Part shown: positions 37,041 to 46,023 of the stretch, piece after piece
Position numbering within the stretch: the first letter of the stretch is position 1
How the letters are laid out: each line of letters opens with the position of its first letter
Source: an uncultured Lachnospiraceae bacterium
GTDB taxonomy: Bacteria; Bacillota; Clostridia; Lachnospirales; Lachnospiraceae
DNA length: 64,000 nt
Reading direction: 5' to 3'
NCBI GenBank assembly: GCA_910577165.1
Contig: CAJTLX010000003.1
Span: 95,458 to 159,457, forward strand
Position numbers and translations under genes: made by a program
The notes under the pieces: model-generated
What the model saw: the letters and a program-made list of their open reading frames with translations, nothing else
Told to the model about the DNA's origin: nothing
The model's database searches: none

Positions 37041-38141
37041 TTACTCACACTTATTGAAGTGGAAGTCCTCCTCTTTTGCGATAAATCCCAGTCTCTCTTT
37101 TACTTTCTGAAACGTTTCCGGCTCTTTTGCGGTGATCTCTCTTTCTGACATATAGGAAAATTTTCCCATTTGATCTTGTTCCTTGGAAAAGATAAGCCTT
37201 TTCGCGTGCAAAAGCTGGGATTTGACCCGGTATTGTCTGCTCAGTGCAAGCCCCGCCGCATCTGAATATTTGATATCGCCCAAAATACTATGTCCGTTTC
37301 CCGCCAAATGTGCACGGATCTGATGTGTTTTTCCGGTAAATAATTCTACTTCCAGATAGGTGCAGCCATTTTTTATTTCAATTGGGCGATAGGCTGTCCG
37401 GACAAAACTTCCTTCCTCCCCTTCCTGCAGAACAGAAAAAACTTGCACCCGGTTTTCCTTCGCGTCTTTTTTTAGATAGCCCTCTAACCGTGCGGGCTGT
37501 GTGATTTCTCCCACCGCAATACAGGTGTAATATTTATGCAAAGTGCGCGCATTAAATGCTCCGGATAAAAATTGCAGCCCGGCAAGTGTTTTTCCCGCGG
37601 CGACAATCCCGCTGGTATTGCGGTCAAGTCGGTTGCAGATTCCCGGACGAAAAATTAAAAGTTCCTTTGGGGTGATCTTTCCCGTGCGAAGTAGATACGA
37701 GAGCATCCATTCATTCAGGGAAAAATCCTCTCTGGAAGCTTTCTGCACCAGCCATCCAACCGGCTTATTTAAAAAGAGAAGATCCTCATCCTCGTACAAA
37801 ATCTCCGGCTGATTTTTGGCATTTGCCGAGAATTTTCCTTTTTTTTCCAATTCTTCAATTTTTGCGATTGCCCCTTCTCTTCTCCCCTCCTCCCTATATT
37901 CAGACAATTCAAAAAATGCTGCCCCGCCAAAATTTCTTATTGTCTCATCACGAAAAAACAGGCGGATGGAATCGCCCTCTGCCAGTTTTTCCTTTCCTCC
38001 CGCCCTTTTCCCATTCAATGTAATATTTTCCTTTCGCAGCATTTTATAAAAAAAACTATCCGGTGCTTCTCTTAGATATTTTCGAAGCAGTTTTAACAGT
38101 GTTCCGCCTTCCTCGCGCTTTGAGACTTTGATTTCCTTCAT
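37041..38141 (-). CDS. RluA-family (RluC/RluD-like) 23S rRNA pseudouridine synthase with S4 domain
   Basis: 366 aa. S4-like N-terminus, catalytic NRLDRNTSGIV, GKTHQIRAHL. Confidence 0.88.
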   Translation of the reverse strand: MKEIKVSKREEGGTLLKLLRKYLREAPDSFFYKMLRKENITLNGKRAGGKEKLAEGDSIRLFFRDETIRNFGGAAFFELSEYREEGRREGAIAKIEELEKKGKFSANAKNQPEILYEDEDLLFLNKPVGWLVQKASREDFSLNEWMLSYLLRTGKITPKELLIFRPGICNRLDRNTSGIVAAGKTLAGLQFLSGAFNARTLHKYYTCIAVGEITQPARLEGYLKKDAKENRVQVFSVLQEGEEGSFVRTAYRPIEIKNGCTYLEVELFTGKTHQIRAHLAGNGHSILGDIKYSDAAGLALSRQYRVKSQLLHAKRLIFSKEQDQMGKFSYMSEREITAKEPETFQKVKERLGFIAKEEDFHFNKCE

Positions 38142-38224
38142 TTTTTCTCCTTATTTCTACTGGTCTAAGTAAGATTATCTCTAATCCCCTGGCAGGAAAT
38201 TCCCACTTCTAAAATGGTAATGTG

Positions 38225-38797
38225 TCATGCCATCAATGATTTTAAGTACGCCGTCAATTCCTTTGGGATTTCCTCCGCGGGGGCTGTGTGCGCCACACGC
38301 TCTAAAAAATTTTTCTCCTCCGCCGTCACATAAAGTTTTTTTAAGAGCATACGCTTTTTTAGTTCCTCCCGCAAATATTTTTCAATATAGCGAAGATCTT
38401 CTTTTTCCCTTCCGGCAAGGCAGAGAATTTCATCCTGTTTAATTACGAGAAATGCAAGAAACATCACCTTATCCGGCGAGGTAAAAACCATATCCGTATA
38501 CATCACATCCGCGTCGGATAGAAGCGATTTTACCTTCTCCACCCGCTCAGTTTCTACAGAGCGATACGGAAAAAGCACAATTACGCCAACTAGGGCTTTC
38601 GCTGCAGGGAGTACCATTAAAACGGCAATCACCGTAAAAATATTGGTTTTCTCAAATTTATTTAAACAGAGTCCGAGAACAAAGATTGCAATACCAATAA
38701 ACACGTAGAGCAGAGTCTTTTTGATGCGGTACTTTTTTTGTGAATCCAGATAGCCCATCTCGCCACACACTGGACGTTTCCCTTTCTTTTCTTTCAT
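38225..38797 (-). CDS. hypothetical membrane protein (2 TM)
   Basis: 190-aa ORF with two N-terminal hydrophobic helices and a soluble C-terminal domain. No family recognised. Confidence 0.6.
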   Translation of the reverse strand: MKEKKGKRPVCGEMGYLDSQKKYRIKKTLLYVFIGIAIFVLGLCLNKFEKTNIFTVIAVLMVLPAAKALVGVIVLFPYRSVETERVEKVKSLLSDADVMYTDMVFTSPDKVMFLAFLVIKQDEILCLAGREKEDLRYIEKYLREELKKRMLLKKLYVTAEEKNFLERVAHTAPAEEIPKELTAYLKSLMA

Positions 38798-38885
38798 CTT
38801 TTTTCCTTTCCCGATTTGTTATATATAGATGGCAATTAATTATTGCTAGGGATATCGTACAAAAAATTAAACCACAACAAAATTT

Positions 38886-40388
38886 TTATGCAGGAAACCC
38901 GAAATCCCGGTAATCATTGATAAAATAATCTGCCATGGCACGCTTTTTTTCTTCTGCCTCCTTGGAATATAGATCCTGCACTGCGCAGACACGCATTCCT
39001 GCTGCCTTGCCCGCCGTAATCCCCTTGCAGATATCTTCAAACACCAGACAGTCCTCCGGCAAAATGTCCAAAGTTTTTGCCACATACAAATAAATATCCG
39101 GAGCAGGTTTGCCCGCCCCCACCTCACAGGCGGTATGCACCTCGTCAAAATACTGCTCCACGCCAAGCGCGTTTAGTACGGTATGTACCAATTCATAGGA
39201 ATTGCTGGTTGCGATCCCCATGCGTATGTCATGAGCCTTCAAGTACTTTAAAAATCCAAGTGCGCCGGGTTTTAAGAAAACCTTTGTTGCATATTTTTCC
39301 CCCGCCATCCGGTTCCAACTTGCTTTCATCTCCTCGATATTCTCCGTAATCTGCGGAAAATGGGACTGAAAATAATTTGCTGTCTCAGAAAAACTCATCC
39401 CTTCAATCTGTTCCTGCAATCCCTCCGGAAGGGAAATGCCAAAGCGTCCAAGATACTCAATATCAATCTCTTTCCACATCCACATGGAGTCCACCAAAGT
39501 TCCGTCAAGGTCAAAGAGAACTCCTTTTACCTGGTTCATCATCGTTTCAAGATCTATTGTCATTTCCTTTTCTGGTTTACCAGAAAGAATTTCCAAGTAT
39601 GATTTTTCCTGTTCCATGCTCTCTTTATCCTCCCCATCATGCAAAAACTGCTTTTGGGAAGCACCAATTCCGGCAAGTGCTAAGAGCTTTTCAATCTCCT
39701 TTTCGGTCAACTCCCTTGACTGTCCTGGGGATAAATTTTCATCCAGATAAAGTGAACCCATCCGCAGACGTTTTAAGTAGATCACCTCTGCACCAACTGC
39801 TTCAAACATCCGCTTGACCTGATGGAATTTTCCCTCCTGCACAGTTACTTCCACTTCCGAGATCTCCCCGGTCTTTTTTATTTTAAGCTTTGCCGGAAGT
39901 GCGGTAAACTCCCCACAAAAAATTCCCTCTGCAAATCGCCTAATCTCTTCCTCCCCGACTTTTCCAACTACCTTTGCATAGTAGGTTTTGTCCACATGAT
40001 ATTTTGGCGAGAGCAATCGATGTGCCAGGGTTCCGTTATTGGTCAGCAAAAGAAGTCCCTCGGTATCCTTATCTAACCGCCCGACCGGAAAAAGATCTTT
40101 GCGCTTTGTTTCTTCTAACAGGGAAAACACGGTGCGCTGATGCTTATCCTTTGTTGCGGTAAGCACGCCGGCAGGTTTGTAAAGCATGATATATTCCATT
40201 TTGGTATAGTTAATTTTCATCCCGTCAAAAGTCACAAGATCTTTAGAGAGTACTTTAAAACCGACATCGCGCACGATTTGCTGATTCACCGCCACGCGCC
40301 CTTTTCGGATATACAGTTTTACTTCGCTTCGCGTACCCACTTTCATATCCGCCAAATATTTATCCAGCCGCAATTCTTTTTCCGCCAA
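38886..40388 (-). CDS. fusion protein: RsuA/RluB-family pseudouridine synthase (S4 + catalytic) + HAD-IA phosphatase
   Basis: N-terminal half: LRLDKYLA (S4), GRLDKDTEGLLLLTNNG, GKFHQVKRM. C-terminal half: LFDLDGTLVDS (HAD motif I), IATSN (II), GKPAPD and VFEDICKG (III/IV). TTG start after GGAGG. Confidence 0.85.
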   Translation of the reverse strand: MAEKELRLDKYLADMKVGTRSEVKLYIRKGRVAVNQQIVRDVGFKVLSKDLVTFDGMKINYTKMEYIMLYKPAGVLTATKDKHQRTVFSLLEETKRKDLFPVGRLDKDTEGLLLLTNNGTLAHRLLSPKYHVDKTYYAKVVGKVGEEEIRRFAEGIFCGEFTALPAKLKIKKTGEISEVEVTVQEGKFHQVKRMFEAVGAEVIYLKRLRMGSLYLDENLSPGQSRELTEKEIEKLLALAGIGASQKQFLHDGEDKESMEQEKSYLEILSGKPEKEMTIDLETMMNQVKGVLFDLDGTLVDSMWMWKEIDIEYLGRFGISLPEGLQEQIEGMSFSETANYFQSHFPQITENIEEMKASWNRMAGEKYATKVFLKPGALGFLKYLKAHDIRMGIATSNSYELVHTVLNALGVEQYFDEVHTACEVGAGKPAPDIYLYVAKTLDILPEDCLVFEDICKGITAGKAAGMRVCAVQDLYSKEAEEKKRAMADYFINDYRDFGFPA

Positions 40389-40442
40389 AGTTTTTCCTCC
40401 ATTTATTTAATTTCTATTTTTTTACATTTATAAATTTTCGTT

Positions 40443-41837
40443 CTACTGCATTCGCCATCCGGGCAAATACTTATTTTTCAATCGTCCACCGCTGTATTTT
40501 GCCCAGCCAAGCGGATAACCCCCCGCACAGACCAGCACATAGCCATCGGCAAATATTTTGTCCACCTCGATTGTCTCGCATTTTAAATACCGGATCACAT
40601 CCGCCTCCTTTGGTGAATAGACCCATGGGTATTCCTCTTTTTTTAATGCCATCGCCAGAGCCTGACTCGGCTCAAAGCGTCCCTTTTTCTCCTCCCCAAG
40701 CAAAAGTCCCTGGCGCAGAAGGCGCAGACCGGACAAGTCCGGCAATTCTTGCGGAAGCAGATAAAGTTTTTTCTCGCGCTCCATAATCTGTGAAAAATCC
40801 ACAGGAAAAGAGAGCATCTTCAAAAATTCTTCCGCCTCGACGGAAAGTTTGGCGGGAGTAAACTGAGCGGATCGATATGTATTTTGTTCGTTTTCTCCCT
40901 CTCTTTTTCGGAAAAGCGCGATAAAATGCCCCTCCCCCGAAATTTTATGCGGCCAAAGGCGCAGCGTGCGTGTTAATTCCTCCCGGTAATTTCCGTTTTC
41001 TATCCAGTCCGGTCTCCCGGAACAAAAACCGCTATAGGAAATCTCTGCTGGATGCTTTTCAGGTAACGCGGGCAAAAGTTCCATCTCATCAAAATGATCC
41101 AGGACAAACTGCACCATCCCCTCGTCTTCTTTTGGCGAGAATGTACAGGTGGAGTACAAAAGCATTCCTCCCGGACGCAACATTTTGACCGCCTCCGGCA
41201 GGATCTGTTTTTGCAATTCATTGTAGTAATTTGTCCCGTACTGCTCCCAGTTTTTCATTATCGCCGGGCTTTTGCGAAACATTCCCTCACCGGAACAGGG
41301 AGCATCCACCAAGATCTTATCAAAATAGCCGCCGAAACGCTCCGCTAATTTCGTCGGTGCCTCACTTAAAACAACCGCATTTTTCACACCGAAAAGTTCA
41401 ATATTTTTTAGCAATGCTTTCGCCCTGGAATTGCTGATATCGTTTGCAATCAGGATGCCGGAACCGGAAAGTTTTGCAGCAAGTTCTGTACTCTTGCCGC
41501 CAGGTGCCGCGCACAGATCGAGAACGCGCTCGCCCGGTGATACCGGAAGGAGGCTTGCGGGAGTCATCGCGCTTGGCTCCTGCAAATAATACAGTCCTGC
41601 AAAATAAAATGGATGCTTTGCGGGGGAGATCCCCTCCGGATAGAAATATCCGTTTGCAATCCAGGGGATGCGCGCAAGCGAATACGGCGCGATCTCAGAA
41701 AAATGTTCTGCGGACAGTTTTAGAGTATTAACACGCAGTCCGCTCCTGCATGGCTCGTCAAAGCAACGCAGATACTCCTCATACTCGCTGCCAAGCTGCT
41801 CTTTCATCCGCCTTTCATATTCTGCTGGAAACTGCAT
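40443..41837 (-). CDS. rsmF: RsmB/RsmF-family 16S rRNA m5C methyltransferase (NOL1/NOP2/Sun)
   Basis: 464 aa. YYLQEPSAM, VLDLCAAPGGKS, DAPCSGEGMFRK, LLYSTCT, and a C-terminal PUA-like domain. Confidence 0.85.
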   Translation of the reverse strand: MQFPAEYERRMKEQLGSEYEEYLRCFDEPCRSGLRVNTLKLSAEHFSEIAPYSLARIPWIANGYFYPEGISPAKHPFYFAGLYYLQEPSAMTPASLLPVSPGERVLDLCAAPGGKSTELAAKLSGSGILIANDISNSRAKALLKNIELFGVKNAVVLSEAPTKLAERFGGYFDKILVDAPCSGEGMFRKSPAIMKNWEQYGTNYYNELQKQILPEAVKMLRPGGMLLYSTCTFSPKEDEGMVQFVLDHFDEMELLPALPEKHPAEISYSGFCSGRPDWIENGNYREELTRTLRLWPHKISGEGHFIALFRKREGENEQNTYRSAQFTPAKLSVEAEEFLKMLSFPVDFSQIMEREKKLYLLPQELPDLSGLRLLRQGLLLGEEKKGRFEPSQALAMALKKEEYPWVYSPKEADVIRYLKCETIEVDKIFADGYVLVCAGGYPLGWAKYSGGRLKNKYLPGWRMQ

Positions 41838-41975
41838 TCCCCTCTCCTCCTTCTCCTTGTAAAATATTTAAGTTCACGAACACCTCCGGCGTTTCCGGGG
41901 CGTGATAGCCAGCAAAGCTAACCAGTCCCTTGTTGATAATTTTTTTGTTATGTCACGGGATAAAGGGAGGTTAAT

Positions 41976-42812
41976 TTACCTGAGGCTCTGCGCCTGATAC
42001 CCCTCTGAAATCACATCCAGCTCACGGTTAAATTTTTGAAGTAAATCCATATCTTCCATATTATAAATCCGGAAAAATTCATCCTGAATCTTTACCACCT
42101 CACGCTTGTTTGCCACTTTGTAGAGATTTTGAATATTGTTTAGGATATCCGAGATAATATTCGCTTTTATCTGGAAAGAATTCTGCGCGTCCATAATCTC
42201 ATCCCGCACGGAGGACATCTCTTTATCTAAAATCACAATGGTTTCTGCGGAATTGTGTAGCCGCTCGCGCAGCCGTTCCGGCATATGTTCCTTATATTTA
42301 TACTGGAGGGAATGCTCCACTGTCGCCCAGAAGTCCATGGCAAGAGTTCGAATTTGAATCTCCACCGGGATCGTCTTTGGACCTTTAACTGTCTCCACCG
42401 AATACCACACAATAATATGATAGCTGCGATACCCGCTGTCCTTTTGGTGGGAGATATAATCTTTTTCGCTCTTGATTTTCATATCGCGACGCTTTTTAAT
42501 TAGCTGTGCCACCTTGTAAATATCCTCGACAAACTGGCAGATAATGCGAATCCCCGCGATATCCTCAATCTGCTTTTCAATATCGTCCACGGCAATCCCT
42601 TTTTTCTGTGTCTTTTCCAAAATGCTTGAGATCGTCTTTACCCGCCCCGTCACCTGCTCAATCGGCGAATATTCTCCCGCCCTGCGGTACTCCCCGATCA
42701 TATGATTAAATTTTACCTTCAGCTCTTCCACTGCAAGAGTATACGGCTCTAAAATTTCTCTCCATAATTGAATTTGCATAAAAACCCCATTTCTGTGCAC
42801 CTTCTCCTGCAC
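41976..42812 (-). CDS. relQ: small alarmone synthetase (RelQ/RelP, GTP pyrophosphokinase)
   Basis: DIAGIRIICQF, GYRSYHIIV, EIQIRTLAMDFWATVEHSL. The start is ambiguous (GTG at 42812 or ATG at 42779). Confidence 0.85.
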   Translation of the reverse strand: MQEKVHRNGVFMQIQLWREILEPYTLAVEELKVKFNHMIGEYRRAGEYSPIEQVTGRVKTISSILEKTQKKGIAVDDIEKQIEDIAGIRIICQFVEDIYKVAQLIKKRRDMKIKSEKDYISHQKDSGYRSYHIIVWYSVETVKGPKTIPVEIQIRTLAMDFWATVEHSLQYKYKEHMPERLRERLHNSAETIVILDKEMSSVRDEIMDAQNSFQIKANIISDILNNIQNLYKVANKREVVKIQDEFFRIYNMEDMDLLQKFNRELDVISEGYQAQSLR

Positions 42813-42890
42813 ATTTTAATTTCTTTTTCATTTATAATTAAATTATCACCAGAGATCACCGTTCCCCCAAACGGTCAAACCCTCTTTCCC

Positions 42891-44342
42891 TTATGGCTGT
42901 GTACCCGGTGTCGGCATTTTCTCTTCGTCAGAAACCTTCGGGAACAAAAATTCCTGCCACAGCGCGCGATTTTGTCCTAGATCTGCTACTAACGCCGCCT
43001 GACCGCGAATAATGCTGGTAGTATAACTTCCCTCCGCAGGGATTCGATAAGAAGAAAAGATGGCGGCGGGCATAGCTAAAAATAAGTTTAGGTATTCGCT
43101 GCAATCCTTTCCTGTAATATCCGTGGTCAACATCTTAAACCCTTCTGTTAAAACACGGGAAAGTTCCGTTATACTCCGGCTGCGGTTCTGCTCATAAAGT
43201 GCCATAATTAGACGCTTACAGCGCGCAGTGCGCCCGATATCATTGTATTCGTTCTGCGCTGTTCCGACATGACGGATGCGGCAGTAGCCAAGTGCCTGAT
43301 CGCCGTTTAAATGATTTTCCCCATTTACCATCACCCGGTTTTCTGGCTGTGAAATATAATTTGTCTTATTCAGATAGTCCGCCTCTTTTGCGGTAAGATC
43401 TATTGTTACACCGCCGACCGCATCAATAAAGGAGCGAAATTTCTCATAGGAAAATAATAGATACCCGTCCGGGCGAATGCCAAGACTTCGTTCAACTGTA
43501 TCGTAAACTAAACCTATTCCACCTCTGGCATAGGCAAAACAAATTTTGTCCTCCCCCCTCCCCGGCATGGAAACAAAGAGGTCGCGCAAAATGGTAGTTA
43601 ACTTTATTTCACCGGAACTTGCATTTATTGTTACCATTAAAATCAAATCGGAACAAGCCTCCTTATCCTCCCCGGCTTCGTCCATTCCAAGCACCAGAAA
43701 ATGATGGAGAATCTCTTGTTTTTCCGGCTCTTTCGGCGGATCGGTAGGCGATGGCTCAGGAGGTGTGGTAAGATTGGGGGGTGACTCTTCCCCCGGAACG
43801 TTTTCAGCAAAAGAAGGCAAAAGGAATTGGATTCCCTTTGCCACTTTCCCACTTTCCTCTGGCATATATGTGGTATGATCTGCAAATAATCGGCCAATGC
43901 CGTGCGAGATAAGAAAATTTCTTCCAGGCTCCGAGAGAAAAAGGATAAAAAGCCCTGCCACAAACACCCCCGCAGTAATCAGAGTTGGCATAAGCCATGC
44001 TGGCTTTTTTTGCACGGTTTCCCTCTGTTTTAATTCCTCCAAAACCTCGTATTCCATGCCGACCTGAGAGGCAAGCTGATTGCTGATATTTTCAATGACA
44101 TCATCACCGACTTCTTTTTCCATGGGTACTTCGTCCACATAGATACTGCTCGTGTCAATCTGCGGGAGAGTTTCTTCCTCCACATCCTCCCCGATCGTCA
44201 GGATGGACGTATTTTGATCCCCCGTATCAATATCGATCGCTTCATTTTCATACGCCGAGGACGCTAACACCTTTTCCAGATTTTTTAAGAATCCTTCATC
44301 CCTCGTCGGATCAAAATCATCCGGATATTCATTTTTCTCCAT
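42891..44342 (-). CDS. LytR-CpsA-Psr (LCP) family protein with long acidic cytoplasmic N-terminus
   Basis: 483 aa. Single TM, then an LCP core (DLILMVTIN, ILRDLFVSMPG, LNGDQALGYCRIRH). Confidence 0.85.
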   Translation of the reverse strand: MEKNEYPDDFDPTRDEGFLKNLEKVLASSAYENEAIDIDTGDQNTSILTIGEDVEEETLPQIDTSSIYVDEVPMEKEVGDDVIENISNQLASQVGMEYEVLEELKQRETVQKKPAWLMPTLITAGVFVAGLFILFLSEPGRNFLISHGIGRLFADHTTYMPEESGKVAKGIQFLLPSFAENVPGEESPPNLTTPPEPSPTDPPKEPEKQEILHHFLVLGMDEAGEDKEACSDLILMVTINASSGEIKLTTILRDLFVSMPGRGEDKICFAYARGGIGLVYDTVERSLGIRPDGYLLFSYEKFRSFIDAVGGVTIDLTAKEADYLNKTNYISQPENRVMVNGENHLNGDQALGYCRIRHVGTAQNEYNDIGRTARCKRLIMALYEQNRSRSITELSRVLTEGFKMLTTDITGKDCSEYLNLFLAMPAAIFSSYRIPAEGSYTTSIIRGQAALVADLGQNRALWQEFLFPKVSDEEKMPTPGTQP

Positions 44343-44364
44343 AATTGCTCCTCCGCTAATTGAT

Positions 44365-45933
44365 TTAGTGCTTCAGGGCATCATAATTTCGTTTTGCCTC
44401 CTCCGGCGTATCCGCATACAAGTTTTCATACAGGTACACAATATTTGCCTCAATATCATCGATAACCAGACCATACGTAATCCCATTATGTCCCTTCTTG
44501 CCCGAATCGTAGAAAGTATCATTGAGTGGAAGGCGGTAGGATTCCATCTGGGAGATCCCATCTTCTACAAACATGGTCAGGAGTTCTCGGATCTGTTCCT
44601 CTTTTAAATTTGTTGTAATCTTGGCAAGGCAGCTTTGAGTTACCGGAATTAAATTTATAATATTCTGCGACTTATATTTCTGGAAGATCGCCTGCAGCAC
44701 ACGGCGCTGACGCAGAGTGCGCCCGTAATCGTTCGCCGCGCCGCCAAGCGTCTCCACCTTGCGGATGCGGCAGTAGCCCGCCACCTGGTTGCCATTCATA
44801 TGATTTACCCCGGCCTTTAACTTGCGGTTTCTCGGATCGGTAATATAATTGGTCGTATTTAAATAATTGGCTTCCTTGGAACCAAGCTCGATGGAAACCC
44901 CGCCAAGGATATCCACAACATCCTCAAAAGCGGCAAGTTTGACATAGGCATAGCCCATCAGATCGATCTTAAAATAATTCTCAATCGTATGCATCAAAAG
45001 TTCAGGACCTTGTTTGTTCCGATTTCCGACCGCGTAGATGGAATTGATCTTTCTGCCGATCCCATCATCTAACTCCACATACATATCGCGCAAAATCGAT
45101 GTGATATTCACCGTCTTATTCTTGGTGTTGAGCGTGGCAATCATAATCGTATCCGTATTTAAACTGCCGGAATGCACGCTGTCCATATCCCCCTGATCAA
45201 TCCCGAAAATCAAAATATTCTTGACATAATCTTCCTTGCGGATCTCCTCCGCATCCTCCGGAACAGGAGTTACGGTCGCACCTGGAATAATAGTCGTACC
45301 GTCACTACCATCCACTTTATTAAGTACGATCGGCTGAATGGCAGTTACCACCTCTCCGAATTCCTTATCCTGTACACTTCCATAAATAAATTTTGCAGCA
45401 AAATTAATCACAATCTGCCGCCCCGGTTTTGTGCAGATCAAAAACACCACAGTAAGCACTAAAAGCAGCACCACGCAGCTAAGCGTTACAAAAATTTTTT
45501 TAATCTTCCCCATTTTCTTTTCCTCAGTTGCCTCCTTAAAGGCTCCTTTTGTTGTATTTGGTATTCCATCCAGTTCTTCCGCCACCTGGCGCATCAGCGA
45601 TTCATTTAAGGAAGCGAAGAGTTCCTCTTCCTCCTCCTCCTCAAAAACACCGCCAGTATCCACACGAAAATTATCCAGCTCCCCCTCCACGTCTAAATTT
45701 TCGTCCTCCGCATCCCCGAACTGATCATATTCGTAGAGAAAACCCATCGAGGGAAAAACGCGCTCGTTCGGAATATCCCGGTATTTTGAAAAATCCTCTT
45801 CCTCTCCAAACGCAGAGTCTTCTTGTTTTTGTGTGAATACTTCCCCATAGGGGAAATCTTCTTCCCATCGAATGGCACCTTTCTTCTTTTCTTCTTCCTG
45901 CATCTTCTCCTCCCAAAACCGCAGTTTTTTCAT
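44365..45933 (-). CDS. LytR-CpsA-Psr (LCP) family protein, tandem paralog
   Basis: 522 aa. Acidic N-terminus, TM, then an LCP core (TDTIMIATLN, ILRDMYVELDDG, MNGNQVAGYCRIRK). Confidence 0.85.
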   Translation of the reverse strand: MKKLRFWEEKMQEEEKKKGAIRWEEDFPYGEVFTQKQEDSAFGEEEDFSKYRDIPNERVFPSMGFLYEYDQFGDAEDENLDVEGELDNFRVDTGGVFEEEEEEELFASLNESLMRQVAEELDGIPNTTKGAFKEATEEKKMGKIKKIFVTLSCVVLLLVLTVVFLICTKPGRQIVINFAAKFIYGSVQDKEFGEVVTAIQPIVLNKVDGSDGTTIIPGATVTPVPEDAEEIRKEDYVKNILIFGIDQGDMDSVHSGSLNTDTIMIATLNTKNKTVNITSILRDMYVELDDGIGRKINSIYAVGNRNKQGPELLMHTIENYFKIDLMGYAYVKLAAFEDVVDILGGVSIELGSKEANYLNTTNYITDPRNRKLKAGVNHMNGNQVAGYCRIRKVETLGGAANDYGRTLRQRRVLQAIFQKYKSQNIINLIPVTQSCLAKITTNLKEEQIRELLTMFVEDGISQMESYRLPLNDTFYDSGKKGHNGITYGLVIDDIEANIVYLYENLYADTPEEAKRNYDALKH

Positions 45934-46023
45934 TTATTCTGCCTGAAATGACAATCTTTCTATCCCTTATTGATGATATCACAAACAATGGGCGAAGTAA
46001 AAGAATTTTTTATTAAGTTTTTA

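Noticed and set aside
38867-39166. 99-aa minus-strand ORF overlapping the 3' part of the RsuA-HAD gene in another frame
   Set aside because: It lies entirely inside a well-supported CDS, has unusual composition (W/R/C-rich) and no RBS.
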